A stretch of 64,000 nt of DNA from a virus: the IMG/VR virus record IMGVR_UViG_3300045988_133735, one strand, 5' to 3'. The notes under the pieces are model-generated. The model ran no database searches, had not been told where the DNA came from, and saw only the letters and a list, made by a program, of their open reading frames with translations. Below, in pieces: positions 18,533 to 27,793 of the stretch; the first letter of the stretch is position 1; each line of letters begins with the position of its first letter. Both the position numbers and the translations under genes were made by a program.

Positions 18533-19384
18533 ATGCTGAAAGTTTATGCTGACTACGATGCCATTGCTAAGGCGGGCAAGCTGAACGAACTGACCATCCC
18601 TGAACTGGTAAAGTTCTTGAACGACCAGAAAACCGTTCTGACCGCTGAGCAGTCTCAGAACGTCACCGCTACGCTCAACAAGGCAGTCGAAAATTCCAAC
18701 AAGGCCGCCTGTGATGCAAAGTGTGCTGAGTTCTGTGCTATGGAACGCGCTGAAATGTGGCGCTCCTACGCTCCTAACCCCTACTACGCCGGCGTGAAGA
18801 TCACCATTGACCCCAAGAGCAATGCTCTGTCCACCCAGGATGCAAAGATGCTTATCAAGTTCAAGACCCTCGAAAAGTATTACCAGACCATGAACGCTGT
18901 TGAAACCAACGACAAGGGAGAGCCTATGCCCAACAAGGCGGTTTCTCTCTGCTCCGATGGCCGTTACGAAAAGCTGATTATGCTGTTCAACGGTATGCTC
19001 TCTGAGGAGACTGCAACCGAACTCAACGCGGCCAAGATGGTTCGTAGCACTAAGGTCGAGGAGACTCTCAAAGATATGGGTTTGGACTGCTTTATCGGCA
19101 CTGTCAATAAGGGCAAGCGCCTTGCGCAGCTCCAGGCTATTTGGAACACTATGCTCCCCGAGGAACTGTCTGCAACTTGCACCGCGCTGTCTTGTGACGT
19201 CAAATATCTCAAGATTGCAGCAAACCGCGCAAAACAGGGCTCTGTCAAGGGCATCGGCGACAAGGCCATGATTGACGAGATTGTTGTCACCATCTCTAAG
19301 GGTCTGTCTTTTGATGGCAAGGCGCGTTCCTCTAAGTACTACTTTGCAAGCAAGAGCAAGTTCTTTGCCAAGGCTGAGCAGTAA
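18533..19384 (+). CDS. hypothetical protein (strong codon bias, first gene of the forward block)
   Basis: 283 aa with a GAGAGG RBS. High GC3 creates long antisense shadow ORFs. Confidence 0.65.
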   Translation: MLKVYADYDAIAKAGKLNELTIPELVKFLNDQKTVLTAEQSQNVTATLNKAVENSNKAACDAKCAEFCAMERAEMWRSYAPNPYYAGVKITIDPKSNALSTQDAKMLIKFKTLEKYYQTMNAVETNDKGEPMPNKAVSLCSDGRYEKLIMLFNGMLSEETATELNAAKMVRSTKVEETLKDMGLDCFIGTVNKGKRLAQLQAIWNTMLPEELSATCTALSCDVKYLKIAANRAKQGSVKGIGDKAMIDEIVVTISKGLSFDGKARSSKYYFASKSKFFAKAEQ

Positions 19385-19502
19385 CACGCACAATCGGATA
19401 CCCTTTCGAGGTCGCACCGTTCAAAGCGGCCTCTTTCCAACGCAGTATGCGTAGCGTCTTAGAGTGTGGCGCATTTTGCACACTCAGAAAAGAGGTTTTA
19501 CT

Positions 19503-19943
19503 ATGGAAAGTTATAACGTCAGACTGATGTGCGGTGCGCAGTTTACAGACGTACCCGACAGTGTCATGTTTCAGATGCTGGAACAGCTCAACGTGCGAGA
19601 CGTTGCAAGCTATGAGACAGGCGAAGTCCTGTACCAGAGCAAGGCCGCCAAGGCCGAGGATGGCAAGGTCAGTGGTATCACTCGTGCAAGCGTCGCCGTT
19701 CGTGGCGTTAAAGAGTACGACGAACCTATCGTTTTGCCCATGGCGAAAGAGTGGCTTATCATCACTCATGCCGACATTCCTACTTGCTCTTACAGAACTG
19801 ACGATGAACAGTATGCAACGAAGCGTTTCGAAAGAAGTGTTTCTAGCATGTGGTACGATGGCCCGTTCTATGACGAAGTTCGTTTGTATCACAACGGACG
19901 TGTCATTCGTGCGGCTGTTCTGGGACACGAAATCGTTCTGTGA
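19503..19943 (+). CDS. hypothetical protein
   Basis: The start is taken at MESYNV, after AAAGAGG. Confidence 0.55.
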   Translation: MESYNVRLMCGAQFTDVPDSVMFQMLEQLNVRDVASYETGEVLYQSKAAKAEDGKVSGITRASVAVRGVKEYDEPIVLPMAKEWLIITHADIPTCSYRTDDEQYATKRFERSVSSMWYDGPFYDEVRLYHNGRVIRAAVLGHEIVL

Positions 19944-20350
19944 AAAGGGACGTTGAACAGATGTACATGATTCAAGAAAAATTCAATTGCTGAAAGGAGC
20001 CCCGCCGGGTATGAAACTCCAAATAATACATAGTGTCCTGAGCATGACGTAAAACTGCTTGTGTCCGCACAATGCTATGAAATAATGGACAATACCATTA
20101 TATGCGGGAATACGTAGGGACAAACCATAGCATTCCACCTAAGTCCTGCACTACCAAAGGGCTGAAAAGGCAAGTGCAAAATATATAAATGGCCCTGATT
20201 ATATGCAAGTTTATGAGCGTAGCCTTGCATGTATGAGAGATAGGTATGGCAACCGAAAATGCCCGCTCACTCCCGCAAATTCAGAACGCCTTGACGTGGC
20301 GCGGGGGCTTTAAACTAAGATTCTGAAAAGAAAGAGAGGTAATGCGCTAA

Positions 20351-20938
20351 ATGTTTAAAGACAGAAATGGCATAGTTATCCAGTGCGTCAATCGTAAAGG
20401 AATGACGTACAATGGGTGCAAAGTCCCGTATATGGGACTGTACGGCACGCTCAACGGCAATGAATTTGTTGCGGAGCCTCGTCTGAACGTGAAAACCGGA
20501 GAGATGCGACTCAAGCATCGTGATTTAAAAACCAAGGCTCGCTGGGACGACATTCCCGACAAAAAAATTGTAACTCTCATTGTCTTAGCTGCAAAAGCCG
20601 GATGTGTTCAGCTTTATAAGTGGGATACAAAAATGGTTTCTCCTGACCAAAACAAAGCTAAAAAAGAAGCTGCATTTTGGTGTAAAGAAGCCGCAAATCC
20701 TGATACCATTCGCAGGTTTAAGGTAAAAGTTAAGTACCAAAATTCGCCCATGACAACTCACGAATATGGAACAAGAAGCCATATCCTTTATGGCGAATCC
20801 ATCGACATGAATGGCAAGATCAAAAAAATCGAACAAGTACAAAATTATATGGACGGAACTGGCATGAGTTCTTCTTTTGATAACAGAGATAGAAGGCCAT
20901 TAAATCCGGTTTTTCCAGTCAAAAGTGGAAAGCGTTAA
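20351..20938 (+). CDS. hypothetical protein
   Basis: 195 aa with an AGAGAGG RBS. Confidence 0.55.
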   Translation: MFKDRNGIVIQCVNRKGMTYNGCKVPYMGLYGTLNGNEFVAEPRLNVKTGEMRLKHRDLKTKARWDDIPDKKIVTLIVLAAKAGCVQLYKWDTKMVSPDQNKAKKEAAFWCKEAANPDTIRRFKVKVKYQNSPMTTHEYGTRSHILYGESIDMNGKIKKIEQVQNYMDGTGMSSSFDNRDRRPLNPVFPVKSGKR

Positions 20939-20942
20939 TGAG

Positions 20943-21200
20943 TTATTTATTGTTACCGTGATTCCATTGACCGTCTGAACCTAATTTTGGACTTGAATCA
21001 TTCCCCAAATTTGAGTTTAAACAAGTGATTTTATCGGATTGAAGCTGTTTGAGTTCTTTCGGCGTAAATCGAACTTTGATAAATGTTCCATTCTTTTTCG
21101 CAATTCCTTGTCGTTTGTTACATAAATGCTTATAACATAATCCATCTTGAAAAACTGGGTTGTTACATTTAGGTCTATAACAAGTTAATTTCGGTTTCAT
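20943..21200 (-). CDS. small Cys/His-rich protein (the only reverse gene inside the forward block)
   Basis: 85 aa with CYRPKCNNPVFQDGLCYKH and a GAGGTG RBS. Confidence 0.45.
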   Translation of the reverse strand: MKPKLTCYRPKCNNPVFQDGLCYKHLCNKRQGIAKKNGTFIKVRFTPKELKQLQSDKITCLNSNLGNDSSPKLGSDGQWNHGNNK

Positions 21201-21331
21201 AGTATCACCTCTTAGCTAGATTATAGTTTAAATTTTTAATAAAATCAATTGGTCAACCCCAACGTCATTCGATTAAATTCGGTTGACGTTTTCTTTTTAC
21301 CTCTTTTCTCTGCTCCAAAAGGAGCGATACT

Positions 21332-21366
21332 GGGCGATTCACGGTACCAGGGCAGACGAAACCGTG
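21332..21366 (+). promoter_or_regulatory. conserved 5'UTR element copy A (GGGCGATT + hairpin CACGG-TACCAGGGCAGACGAAA-CCGTG)
   Basis: One of three copies. The loop sequence is conserved and the stem covaries. It lies 44 nt upstream of the ATG at 21410. Confidence 0.55.
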
Positions 21367-21409
21367 GCCAATGCGAAAGCATCATACACACACACGAAAG
21401 GACAAAAAA

Positions 21410-21736
21410 ATGAAAATTATTAACTGCACACCCCACGCTATTTCTTTCGTCGCCGACAACGGTGATGTCATTCGCACAATTCCTGCAAGCGGAATCCTGC
21501 CTCGTGTGGCTACCTCTTACACGGTAGCGGTCACTGTTGACGGTATCCCTGATGAAATCACTGTGTATGGTGATGTCGAAGGACTTCCAGCAGAAGAGCC
21601 CGAAACAATTCTGGTCGTGTCTGCCCTCGTGGCAAATGCGTGCAAGAACCGCAAGGATCTTCGCATTCCCGGGCGACAAGTTCGTGATGAAGCTGGCCAT
21701 GTTATTGGATGCAAGAGCCTGAGCCGTCCTTGCTAA
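21410..21736 (+). CDS. hypothetical protein (C-terminus ..IGCKSLSRPC)
   Basis: The start is taken at MKIINCTPH, after GAAAGGA. 108 aa. Confidence 0.55.
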   Translation: MKIINCTPHAISFVADNGDVIRTIPASGILPRVATSYTVAVTVDGIPDEITVYGDVEGLPAEEPETILVVSALVANACKNRKDLRIPGRQVRDEAGHVIGCKSLSRPC

Positions 21737-21986
21737 AAAGAGGTGTAAGCCATGGCAATCATTGCAATCGAATCCGCCCTCGATGTCGCAATTATGTTTG
21801 GCGACAAAGAACTAGCGGAAATCTACACCGAAGCCTTAGAAGAGGCGGGCGTCCACTACGAAAGCCATGCCAAGTGTTGGGCATGACGAAAGAAGCGAAA
21901 ATATTATTATAGCCTTAACTATGATTGTAGTGTGGGCTGTGGTATAATAAGGGAAGAAAACCCTTAAAGAAAGGAGAAGAAACATC

Positions 21987-22349
21987 ATGGATGCAAGAAT
22001 GATTAGTTTTTGGGGTTGCGAAACTAACCCATGCGCAAACCCTGATACGGCAAATAACGGAGGGGGATACTCTCAACCGTCCGGTGGAATCCTTGTTGCT
22101 CTCGAAAACGGTGAATATCTTATCGTCACCGTGGATGATATGTCTTGCGGCGATTTTGGCAGCAGAATCGGTTGGACTATCGACAGTTCAGACAGTCGCA
22201 GATGGGGCGGCTGTTATGGCACCATGAACGATGCTATGGTGGATAACGAATGGACGGAAGAGTCTCTGGATTCCGTGTCTGGTGTGTACGGGATTGATGC
22301 CCGTGCAATGTTGTCGGATGCAATTTTGGCTGTGCATATTGCCGCATAA
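21987..22349 (+). CDS. hypothetical protein
   Basis: 120 aa with an AAAGGAG RBS. Confidence 0.55.
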   Translation: MDARMISFWGCETNPCANPDTANNGGGYSQPSGGILVALENGEYLIVTVDDMSCGDFGSRIGWTIDSSDSRRWGGCYGTMNDAMVDNEWTEESLDSVSGVYGIDARAMLSDAILAVHIAA

Positions 22350-22375
22350 CGATAACGGAATGTTTCCGTCAAGAA

Positions 22376-22411
22376 GAGTCTTGTAAGTTAATTCTTGCAA
22401 GGCTCTTTTTT
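22376..22411 (+). terminator. Rho-independent terminator
   Basis: GAGTCTTGTAAG-TTAATT-CTTGCAAGGCTC (12 bp including 2 G-U pairs) followed by TTTTTTATTT. Confidence 0.75.
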
Positions 22412-22587
22412 ATTTGAAAGGAGCATTATTATGGATTACTTTAGCAGTCAGACCATTTTCTTTTGTGGTATCGTTGTTGGTATTGGATTTGCCGTATCGA
22501 TTCAGCTCGCAATCAAAGAGCTGTTCCACCAGCGGCGTCCCCACTAACAGCGTCTCACCAGTGCACACAGAAAGGAAGCGTATCATC

Positions 22588-23142
22588 ATGAAAGCAATTC
22601 GGAAATCCCTCCAAGGCGTAGCAGTCGTTATCGCAAGTATTTTTGCAGCGGCTACCGTATTTGCAATCCCTGTTAATGCAGCAGAACCCTCAACCTACAT
22701 CCAGTCTGGCACGATCTGGAGTGAAAGCGCCGGCGAGTACCAAGTACTCGATGATGCTGGCGAGTTGTGGGGCTTTACCGCTGGCGTTTATGACTATGTC
22801 GTTGGACAATACGTCGAGATGACTATGTCAGACGCGGGGACCCCAGATAACATCTACGACGACACTCTCATTGCCGTGTCTTCTGTATGGCGCGACTATG
22901 AAAGCGACATCGTTGGCCCCTTTGGCTACTACGTCGTTGATGGATGGATTGCAACCGATAACACAAGCTGCCTCAGCTGCTGGGTGAGGGATTCTTACGG
23001 ATCTTTATGGTTCTGGAATGCCTATTGCCCCAAGCAGAAGGGCGAGCACGTTGTTCTCATTATGAACAGCAATGGCACACCCGATCAATTCTCAGATGAT
23101 TCTATCGAGGACATCTTGTGGAGCGAAGACGAGGTAGACTGA
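22588..23142 (+). CDS. secreted protein
   Basis: The start is taken at MKAIRKSLQGVAVVIASIFAAATVFAIPVNA (signal peptide), after AAAGGAAG. Confidence 0.55.
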   Translation: MKAIRKSLQGVAVVIASIFAAATVFAIPVNAAEPSTYIQSGTIWSESAGEYQVLDDAGELWGFTAGVYDYVVGQYVEMTMSDAGTPDNIYDDTLIAVSSVWRDYESDIVGPFGYYVVDGWIATDNTSCLSCWVRDSYGSLWFWNAYCPKQKGEHVVLIMNSNGTPDQFSDDSIEDILWSEDEVD

Positions 23143-23278
23143 AATGGATTCTATGAAATTTGATATGCTATCTATTGCGGCCGCTCTGTATGAAGGCGGC
23201 TGGCGTTCCACTATTGATGACTACGAACGACTTGTAAGAGACTATCGCATGTCCCAGAAAGAAGAGAGGTAATCTATT

Positions 23279-23773
23279 ATGAATCAATTGAAAGTACTTC
23301 AGTATGCACAGGCAGCCGCTATGGACAAGTGGTGGCTTTATGATGGGCTTGCCGACAAGTTCACTGGCGAAAAGGCTGGCGAGATGGCACGTGAAATGGC
23401 GAACAAAGTCATGAATGACGTCAAAGAAATCGGCGTCATGATTGATGCAGAAGAAAAGCGTCTCCGTGCCGAGGCTGAAAAACAGCGCAAGCAGGAGCAG
23501 GCCACAAGAGCGCCGCAGGCACAGCAGGAGAAAGCGCCGCAGCAGCAGGAGCGTCCCACTGCCGGACGTATTGTGGATGATGGCACGAAATGGACTGTTG
23601 CTATCCGATATAAGGATGGGAGCGAAACCGTTTCCCGATTCTCTCATGAGGACATCGCCCGCAAGGCATACGAAACAATCCGGATGTTGGATAGGGGGAT
23701 TGCCAAATCGAATCTTTCCCGTATGACCTTGACCCACAAGAACAGCGTCGTGAAAGCATACGAAAGAGATTGA
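23279..23773 (+). CDS. hypothetical protein (central Q/E/K-rich coil)
   Basis: 164 aa with an AGAGAGG RBS. Confidence 0.55.
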   Translation: MNQLKVLQYAQAAAMDKWWLYDGLADKFTGEKAGEMAREMANKVMNDVKEIGVMIDAEEKRLRAEAEKQRKQEQATRAPQAQQEKAPQQQERPTAGRIVDDGTKWTVAIRYKDGSETVSRFSHEDIARKAYETIRMLDRGIAKSNLSRMTLTHKNSVVKAYERD

Positions 23774-23797
23774 CATGATGGAAAGGAGCACAACCGT

Positions 23798-24199
23798 ATG
23801 ATCGTCAGTGAAATCTACGAAACCATGGCGGGCGACCTTTATGGCGTGGTTCTGAATGAGGATATCAAAATCATTCGGGTTGTCAAAATCAATGACCGCG
23901 AACTTACCCCTGACTTTTTCCGGCGAGCAAGAATGGGATTCCTTACTGAGCATTCGTATGATCGGTTGCCCAAGGAAAAGATGTGGCGGTGTATTGAATC
24001 AAACTGCCGTCTGGTAGCAACCATTACAAACTGCCACGGATTTATCGTTCATGCAGACCACGATATGACCCGCAGCAGCCGTAAGATGTTCGGTAAGAGA
24101 GCTCGAATGAATTACGATCGCAGATACAACGGAGGCGATTATGGTGGAACAATTCACAGTCAAGCCAACTACTGCCGCAAAGCAAACCAGTTCGCCTAA
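23798..24199 (+). CDS. hypothetical protein
   Basis: 133 aa with an AAAGGAG RBS. Confidence 0.5.
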   Translation: MIVSEIYETMAGDLYGVVLNEDIKIIRVVKINDRELTPDFFRRARMGFLTEHSYDRLPKEKMWRCIESNCRLVATITNCHGFIVHADHDMTRSSRKMFGKRARMNYDRRYNGGDYGGTIHSQANYCRKANQFA

Positions 24200-24401
24200 A
24201 GCAATCGCAGTGTGTCCTATCTCGAATTTCGGCGGTTATGAAATCTATGAATGTGACGATGAGCGCGTTCATGTAGGTATCAACAACGGCGATACAATCG
24301 AGGACTATGGGACACGCCAAGTCAAATATACGTCAAGCGGGCGTACGTACTTCAATCTGGGCGGGCAGCGTCACTATCTTGATGATTTCATCAGAGTTTA
24401 A
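24141..24401 (+). CDS. hypothetical protein
   Basis: 86 aa with a GGAGG RBS. Overlaps the previous ORF by 59 nt. Confidence 0.45.
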   Translation: MVEQFTVKPTTAAKQTSSPKAIAVCPISNFGGYEIYECDDERVHVGINNGDTIEDYGTRQVKYTSSGRTYFNLGGQRHYLDDFIRV

Positions 24402-24413
24402 GGAGAATAGAAA

Positions 24414-24692
24414 ATGCTTGAATGGCAAGAGCTTTGTAGCCACGCCATCTGGGTCACAGTTGGAATCTTTGTTGTTCCATATGCTGGGCTTCAGATTTGT
24501 CGGGGGTTTTATTACCTAGATGAGTTCCCGCGATTCAATCGAGTCTGTCGGGGGTTGTATCGTGCAGTGAAAAATCTAGTGGATGGCATCGTAGCCGTCT
24601 ATCAGGATTGTCCGTGTGAATTCGTTCTGTATACCACAGCGGCGATTGTAATCATTGCTGTTGCGATAAATAAAGCGGCGGCACTCATTTAA
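24414..24692 (+). CDS. small membrane protein
   Basis: 92 aa with two hydrophobic segments. Confidence 0.5.
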   Translation: MLEWQELCSHAIWVTVGIFVVPYAGLQICRGFYYLDEFPRFNRVCRGLYRAVKNLVDGIVAVYQDCPCEFVLYTTAAIVIIAVAINKAAALI

Positions 24693-24736
24693 GAGTACGC
24701 CACTACTACACACATCAAAAGAGAGAGGTAAGAAAA

Positions 24737-25156
24737 ATGTTGTTTTATCGTACTAAGCGTGAGGCCAACAACAAACCCATGTATCGCGGCAAGGGCAAGC
24801 GCAAGGATGAGGAAATTTGGAGTATCTACATCGCAGACGAACTGTTCACCGAGGCCGAAGTCAAGCGGTTGAATCTGAATCTGGCTTACCTCGAACAGGT
24901 TGAAATCTCCCGGCGGCAGACACACCATCAGGGCTGTTATCGTGTGGCGAATTTTGACGCCAACATTACGGCTGTGAAACCGGTAAAGCAGGCTCCGGTC
25001 AAGATTCTTCCTAAGCAGGCCGAGATTGAAGTTGTCAAGCGTCTGAATGACCGGCGCGTATATAAGAAGCATAAGTGCCTTTGCCCCGACAATCGGCCGA
25101 CGACCAAATTCGTTCGATACCGTGTTGCAAATGATGCGGCGGTGGCAAACAAGTAA
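24737..25156 (+). CDS. hypothetical basic protein
   Basis: 139 aa with an AGAGAGG RBS. Confidence 0.5.
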   Translation: MLFYRTKREANNKPMYRGKGKRKDEEIWSIYIADELFTEAEVKRLNLNLAYLEQVEISRRQTHHQGCYRVANFDANITAVKPVKQAPVKILPKQAEIEVVKRLNDRRVYKKHKCLCPDNRPTTKFVRYRVANDAAVANK

Positions 25157-25801
25157 GAATTTCCAGCAATTTCCTACATACATAATGCGAGTCCAGATGA
25201 TATTATAAACGAAGTTTTCGCAGAGGGAACTCCGGTAGTGTGAAAACGCACCGCCGGGGTTTAATGCGGCTACTGGTTCTGCAGAACTGGTACTGGTCCC
25301 AAGCCCAGAAATGCAATCGCAAGTGGGGCACATAGCGTCACGATCGAAGCGGTAGCACAAACAGAAGGGCGCTCCACTGATCCTAATGAAATTGACACTG
25401 ATTTGATGTGATGGCCACACAAATATAATCAGAAGACTAAAGTAGATTAGGCAGTTCCACATTAAGTGAGCGAAACTAAACGAAAGGAGGGTTTATAGCT
25501 TGAATTGTAAAATCAGTTACCGCTCGCTAGGAGTGGTCTTTGGTGCAAGGGTCGCGTCTTACTCCAATGAGAAAATTTTCATGGGATGGCGATACAAACT
25601 GTTTTGACGTTTAACTGAAATTTCCAAATTAAATAGAATTGACGTTGCAAGTGCTCGTTGCATCCGAGCATAAGTTCGCATCATACATACGAGTTTAGCG
25701 GTAGTCGCAAATAGGCGTAATCGACCTATAAGGTTCGCTATAATGCGGGGCTGGGTGATTCCCGAACGGACAAGTTAAACGTATGTTAAGGATAAGAAAC
25801 C

Positions 25802-25836
25802 GGGCGACTGGTGGTACCGGGGCAGACGTAACCACA
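25802..25836 (+). promoter_or_regulatory. conserved 5'UTR element copy B (GGGCGACT + hairpin GTGG-TACCGGGGCAGACGTAA-CCAC)
   Basis: Second copy of the element. It lies about 50 nt upstream of the ATG at 25885. Confidence 0.55.
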
Positions 25837-25884
25837 TCCACTACTTGCGTAGCAAACACACAAAAAATGAAAGGATACACAATT

Positions 25885-26112
25885 ATGGACATCACAAAAC
25901 TGATTGAATCTCTTCCGTTAGAAATCAAAGACTACGTCATCGACTGGCAGGATATCCAGATGGGTGAGCAGCATGGAATGTGCGTGATGCTTGACTGTAT
26001 CTTGTCGCCGGGTCAGAAAGCGCTCCTACAAGGCAACAGGCATATCATGGGATTGGAATGTGTTGCTCAGTACGCCCCTGAAATCAAGCATTCTTACTTC
26101 TACATGGTATGA
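25885..26112 (+). CDS. hypothetical protein
   Basis: The start is taken at MDITK, after GAAAGGA. An alternative ATG exists at 25867. Confidence 0.5.
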   Translation: MDITKLIESLPLEIKDYVIDWQDIQMGEQHGMCVMLDCILSPGQKALLQGNRHIMGLECVAQYAPEIKHSYFYMV

Positions 26113-26170
26113 GCGCTGCTATGTATAATCCGCAAAGAACGCAGCGGGTAAAAAGGAGGAAGTTGTAACA

Positions 26171-26431
26171 ATGATGGTGTATATTTTTGATAATTCTTAT
26201 TCCAGGCGAGCCGAAGGTCAGCCGTGGGTGATGTTTAATCATTACAATGGGGATGTTTATGGCAGTCGTGAGCGTGCTATGAAAAAGTTGGCCGAAATGG
26301 CAAAATCGGTGAGTGCAGACCCAGAGTGTTATGACGTTGAATTTGATGGCAATCTTCGTTATCGTTGGAAAAACTGGAGCGGTGATGAGTTCGAACGCTA
26401 TATTCAGATCGAATCAAGAGAAGTGAAGTGA
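26171..26431 (+). CDS. hypothetical protein
   Basis: 86 aa with an AAAGGAGG RBS. Confidence 0.55.
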   Translation: MMVYIFDNSYSRRAEGQPWVMFNHYNGDVYGSRERAMKKLAEMAKSVSADPECYDVEFDGNLRYRWKNWSGDEFERYIQIESREVK

Positions 26432-26637
26432 GGGCCTGCAGCATGGATGATTATGCAGACGCTAGCTATCAGCTCCAGCATTACAAGATTACATTTCATG
26501 GGGAACTTGAAGGTAATTGGCTGAACTTTAAAACATATCACCGTGCATTCGCCAGCTACGATTGTGCACGAAAGTGGGCGGCTAATGTGTTATATCGAAA
26601 TCGCAAATATCGCGGCGTTAAGATTGAAATGGAATGA
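26428..26637 (+). CDS. hypothetical protein
   Basis: 69 aa. GTG start overlapping the upstream stop. An alternative ATG exists at 26443. Confidence 0.45.
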   Translation: MRACSMDDYADASYQLQHYKITFHGELEGNWLNFKTYHRAFASYDCARKWAANVLYRNRKYRGVKIEME

Positions 26638-26653
26638 AAGTGGCGTAACAACT

Positions 26654-26935
26654 ATGAATACCTCTGTATATATCGTTGAGAGTTCTTATTACAAGCATGA
26701 CGATAAATTCTCTTGTAATGAATACACTCACAGCATTATGTCCGTACACAAGAATTTTGAGGACGCGCTTGATGTTCTTCGCGCTATTCATAAGAAAGCA
26801 ACTCAGACTCCCGACGCTTTTGATATTAGGCTTGATGAAAAAGTATATAGACCATATGTGATTTATCGTTGGTTGAACGAAGAAAACAAACAATACGATC
26901 GTCTTGTACAAATCATCACTCGTGACCTGACTTGA
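26654..26935 (+). CDS. hypothetical protein
   Basis: The start is taken at MNTSVYIV. Confidence 0.5.
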   Translation: MNTSVYIVESSYYKHDDKFSCNEYTHSIMSVHKNFEDALDVLRAIHKKATQTPDAFDIRLDEKVYRPYVIYRWLNEENKQYDRLVQIITRDLT

Positions 26936-26950
26936 AAGGAGGCGCACGCC

Positions 26951-27265
26951 GTGATTATCAATATGACGGAACTTCCCATTATGAGCTGGTCGCCGGAACA
27001 GCTCGAAGCAGCTCGTAAGCTCTGTACGGATGGTATCATTCGTGGCTATGAGATGCCCACAATTCTTCCGAGTGATTCGTCTCTTCGGGTTCGTTTTATC
27101 GCATGGAATACCGCCGATGAAGTCAAAGCGTTAGATCCCGAAGCAATTATCATTCAGGGCGAACCTGTTTTCGTAGCCGCATTCATTGAGCGGTACGGTA
27201 GAAGAACAAAATGTTACTCGCCCTGCTATAAGGACGATAAGTTCGTGCAGTTCAGGAGGTTTTAA
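26951..27265 (+). CDS. hypothetical protein
   Basis: 104 aa with a GTG start after AAGGAGG. Confidence 0.5.
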   Translation: MIINMTELPIMSWSPEQLEAARKLCTDGIIRGYEMPTILPSDSSLRVRFIAWNTADEVKALDPEAIIIQGEPVFVAAFIERYGRRTKCYSPCYKDDKFVQFRRF

Positions 27266-27290
27266 CGCTGTAGCGTGTAAGGAGTCCCTA

Positions 27291-27503
27291 ATGAAACCAT
27301 TAAGAGATAATCCTATCGAAGAAGGAATAGATGCTTTCTTTGAAGAAAAACAAAGACTCGAAGAAGAAAAGCAAGAACTTGAAAATGAAATTCGAGAATA
27401 CGAAGAGAAATATTTGGACCAATATTATGATCGGTTAGAGGAGGAAGAACGGGAATTCAACTTGGAGTTTGATCGGGAATTATGGGAGGATGAAGTATTA
27501 TGA
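27291..27503 (+). CDS. small acidic coiled-coil protein
   Basis: The start is taken at MKPLRDNP, after AAGGAG. Glu-rich. Confidence 0.5.
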   Translation: MKPLRDNPIEEGIDAFFEEKQRLEEEKQELENEIREYEEKYLDQYYDRLEEEEREFNLEFDRELWEDEVL

Positions 27504-27784
27504 GCACAGTAGATACATCGTCGCGTTGGAAGCTCGGTAAGGATATGATTTCCAGCGATACGATTCTTGATTCTGTTACGTTCGATGACTTGATTCTGGC
27601 TCTGAAATGCAACTGTGAGCACATCACGCCGGACGCAGTCATTGTTCAGGCAACAGAAATCATCAATCAGCGGCTGGAAGATGTCAAATATCTGATCGAA
27701 AACAACATTGACGAGATCATTGCGCTGGCATCGGATGAACCGCTTGAAGATGCTGGCCACGATGATATCACACTCGAAGAGTAG
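27500..27784 (+). CDS. hypothetical protein
   Basis: 94 aa with ATGA coupling. Confidence 0.5.
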   Translation: MSTVDTSSRWKLGKDMISSDTILDSVTFDDLILALKCNCEHITPDAVIVQATEIINQRLEDVKYLIENNIDEIIALASDEPLEDAGHDDITLEE

Positions 27785-27793
27785 GAGTAAGAT

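Noticed and set aside
18425-19417. 330-aa reverse ORF, and similar ones at 19332-19928, 23168-23953, 24689-25462, 35718-36653, 42109-43122, 48349-49635 and 54025-54663
   Set aside because: These are antisense shadows of codon-biased forward genes. They have no RBS, low-complexity or odd composition, and they fully overlap better-supported forward ORFs that have GGAGG sites and motif content.
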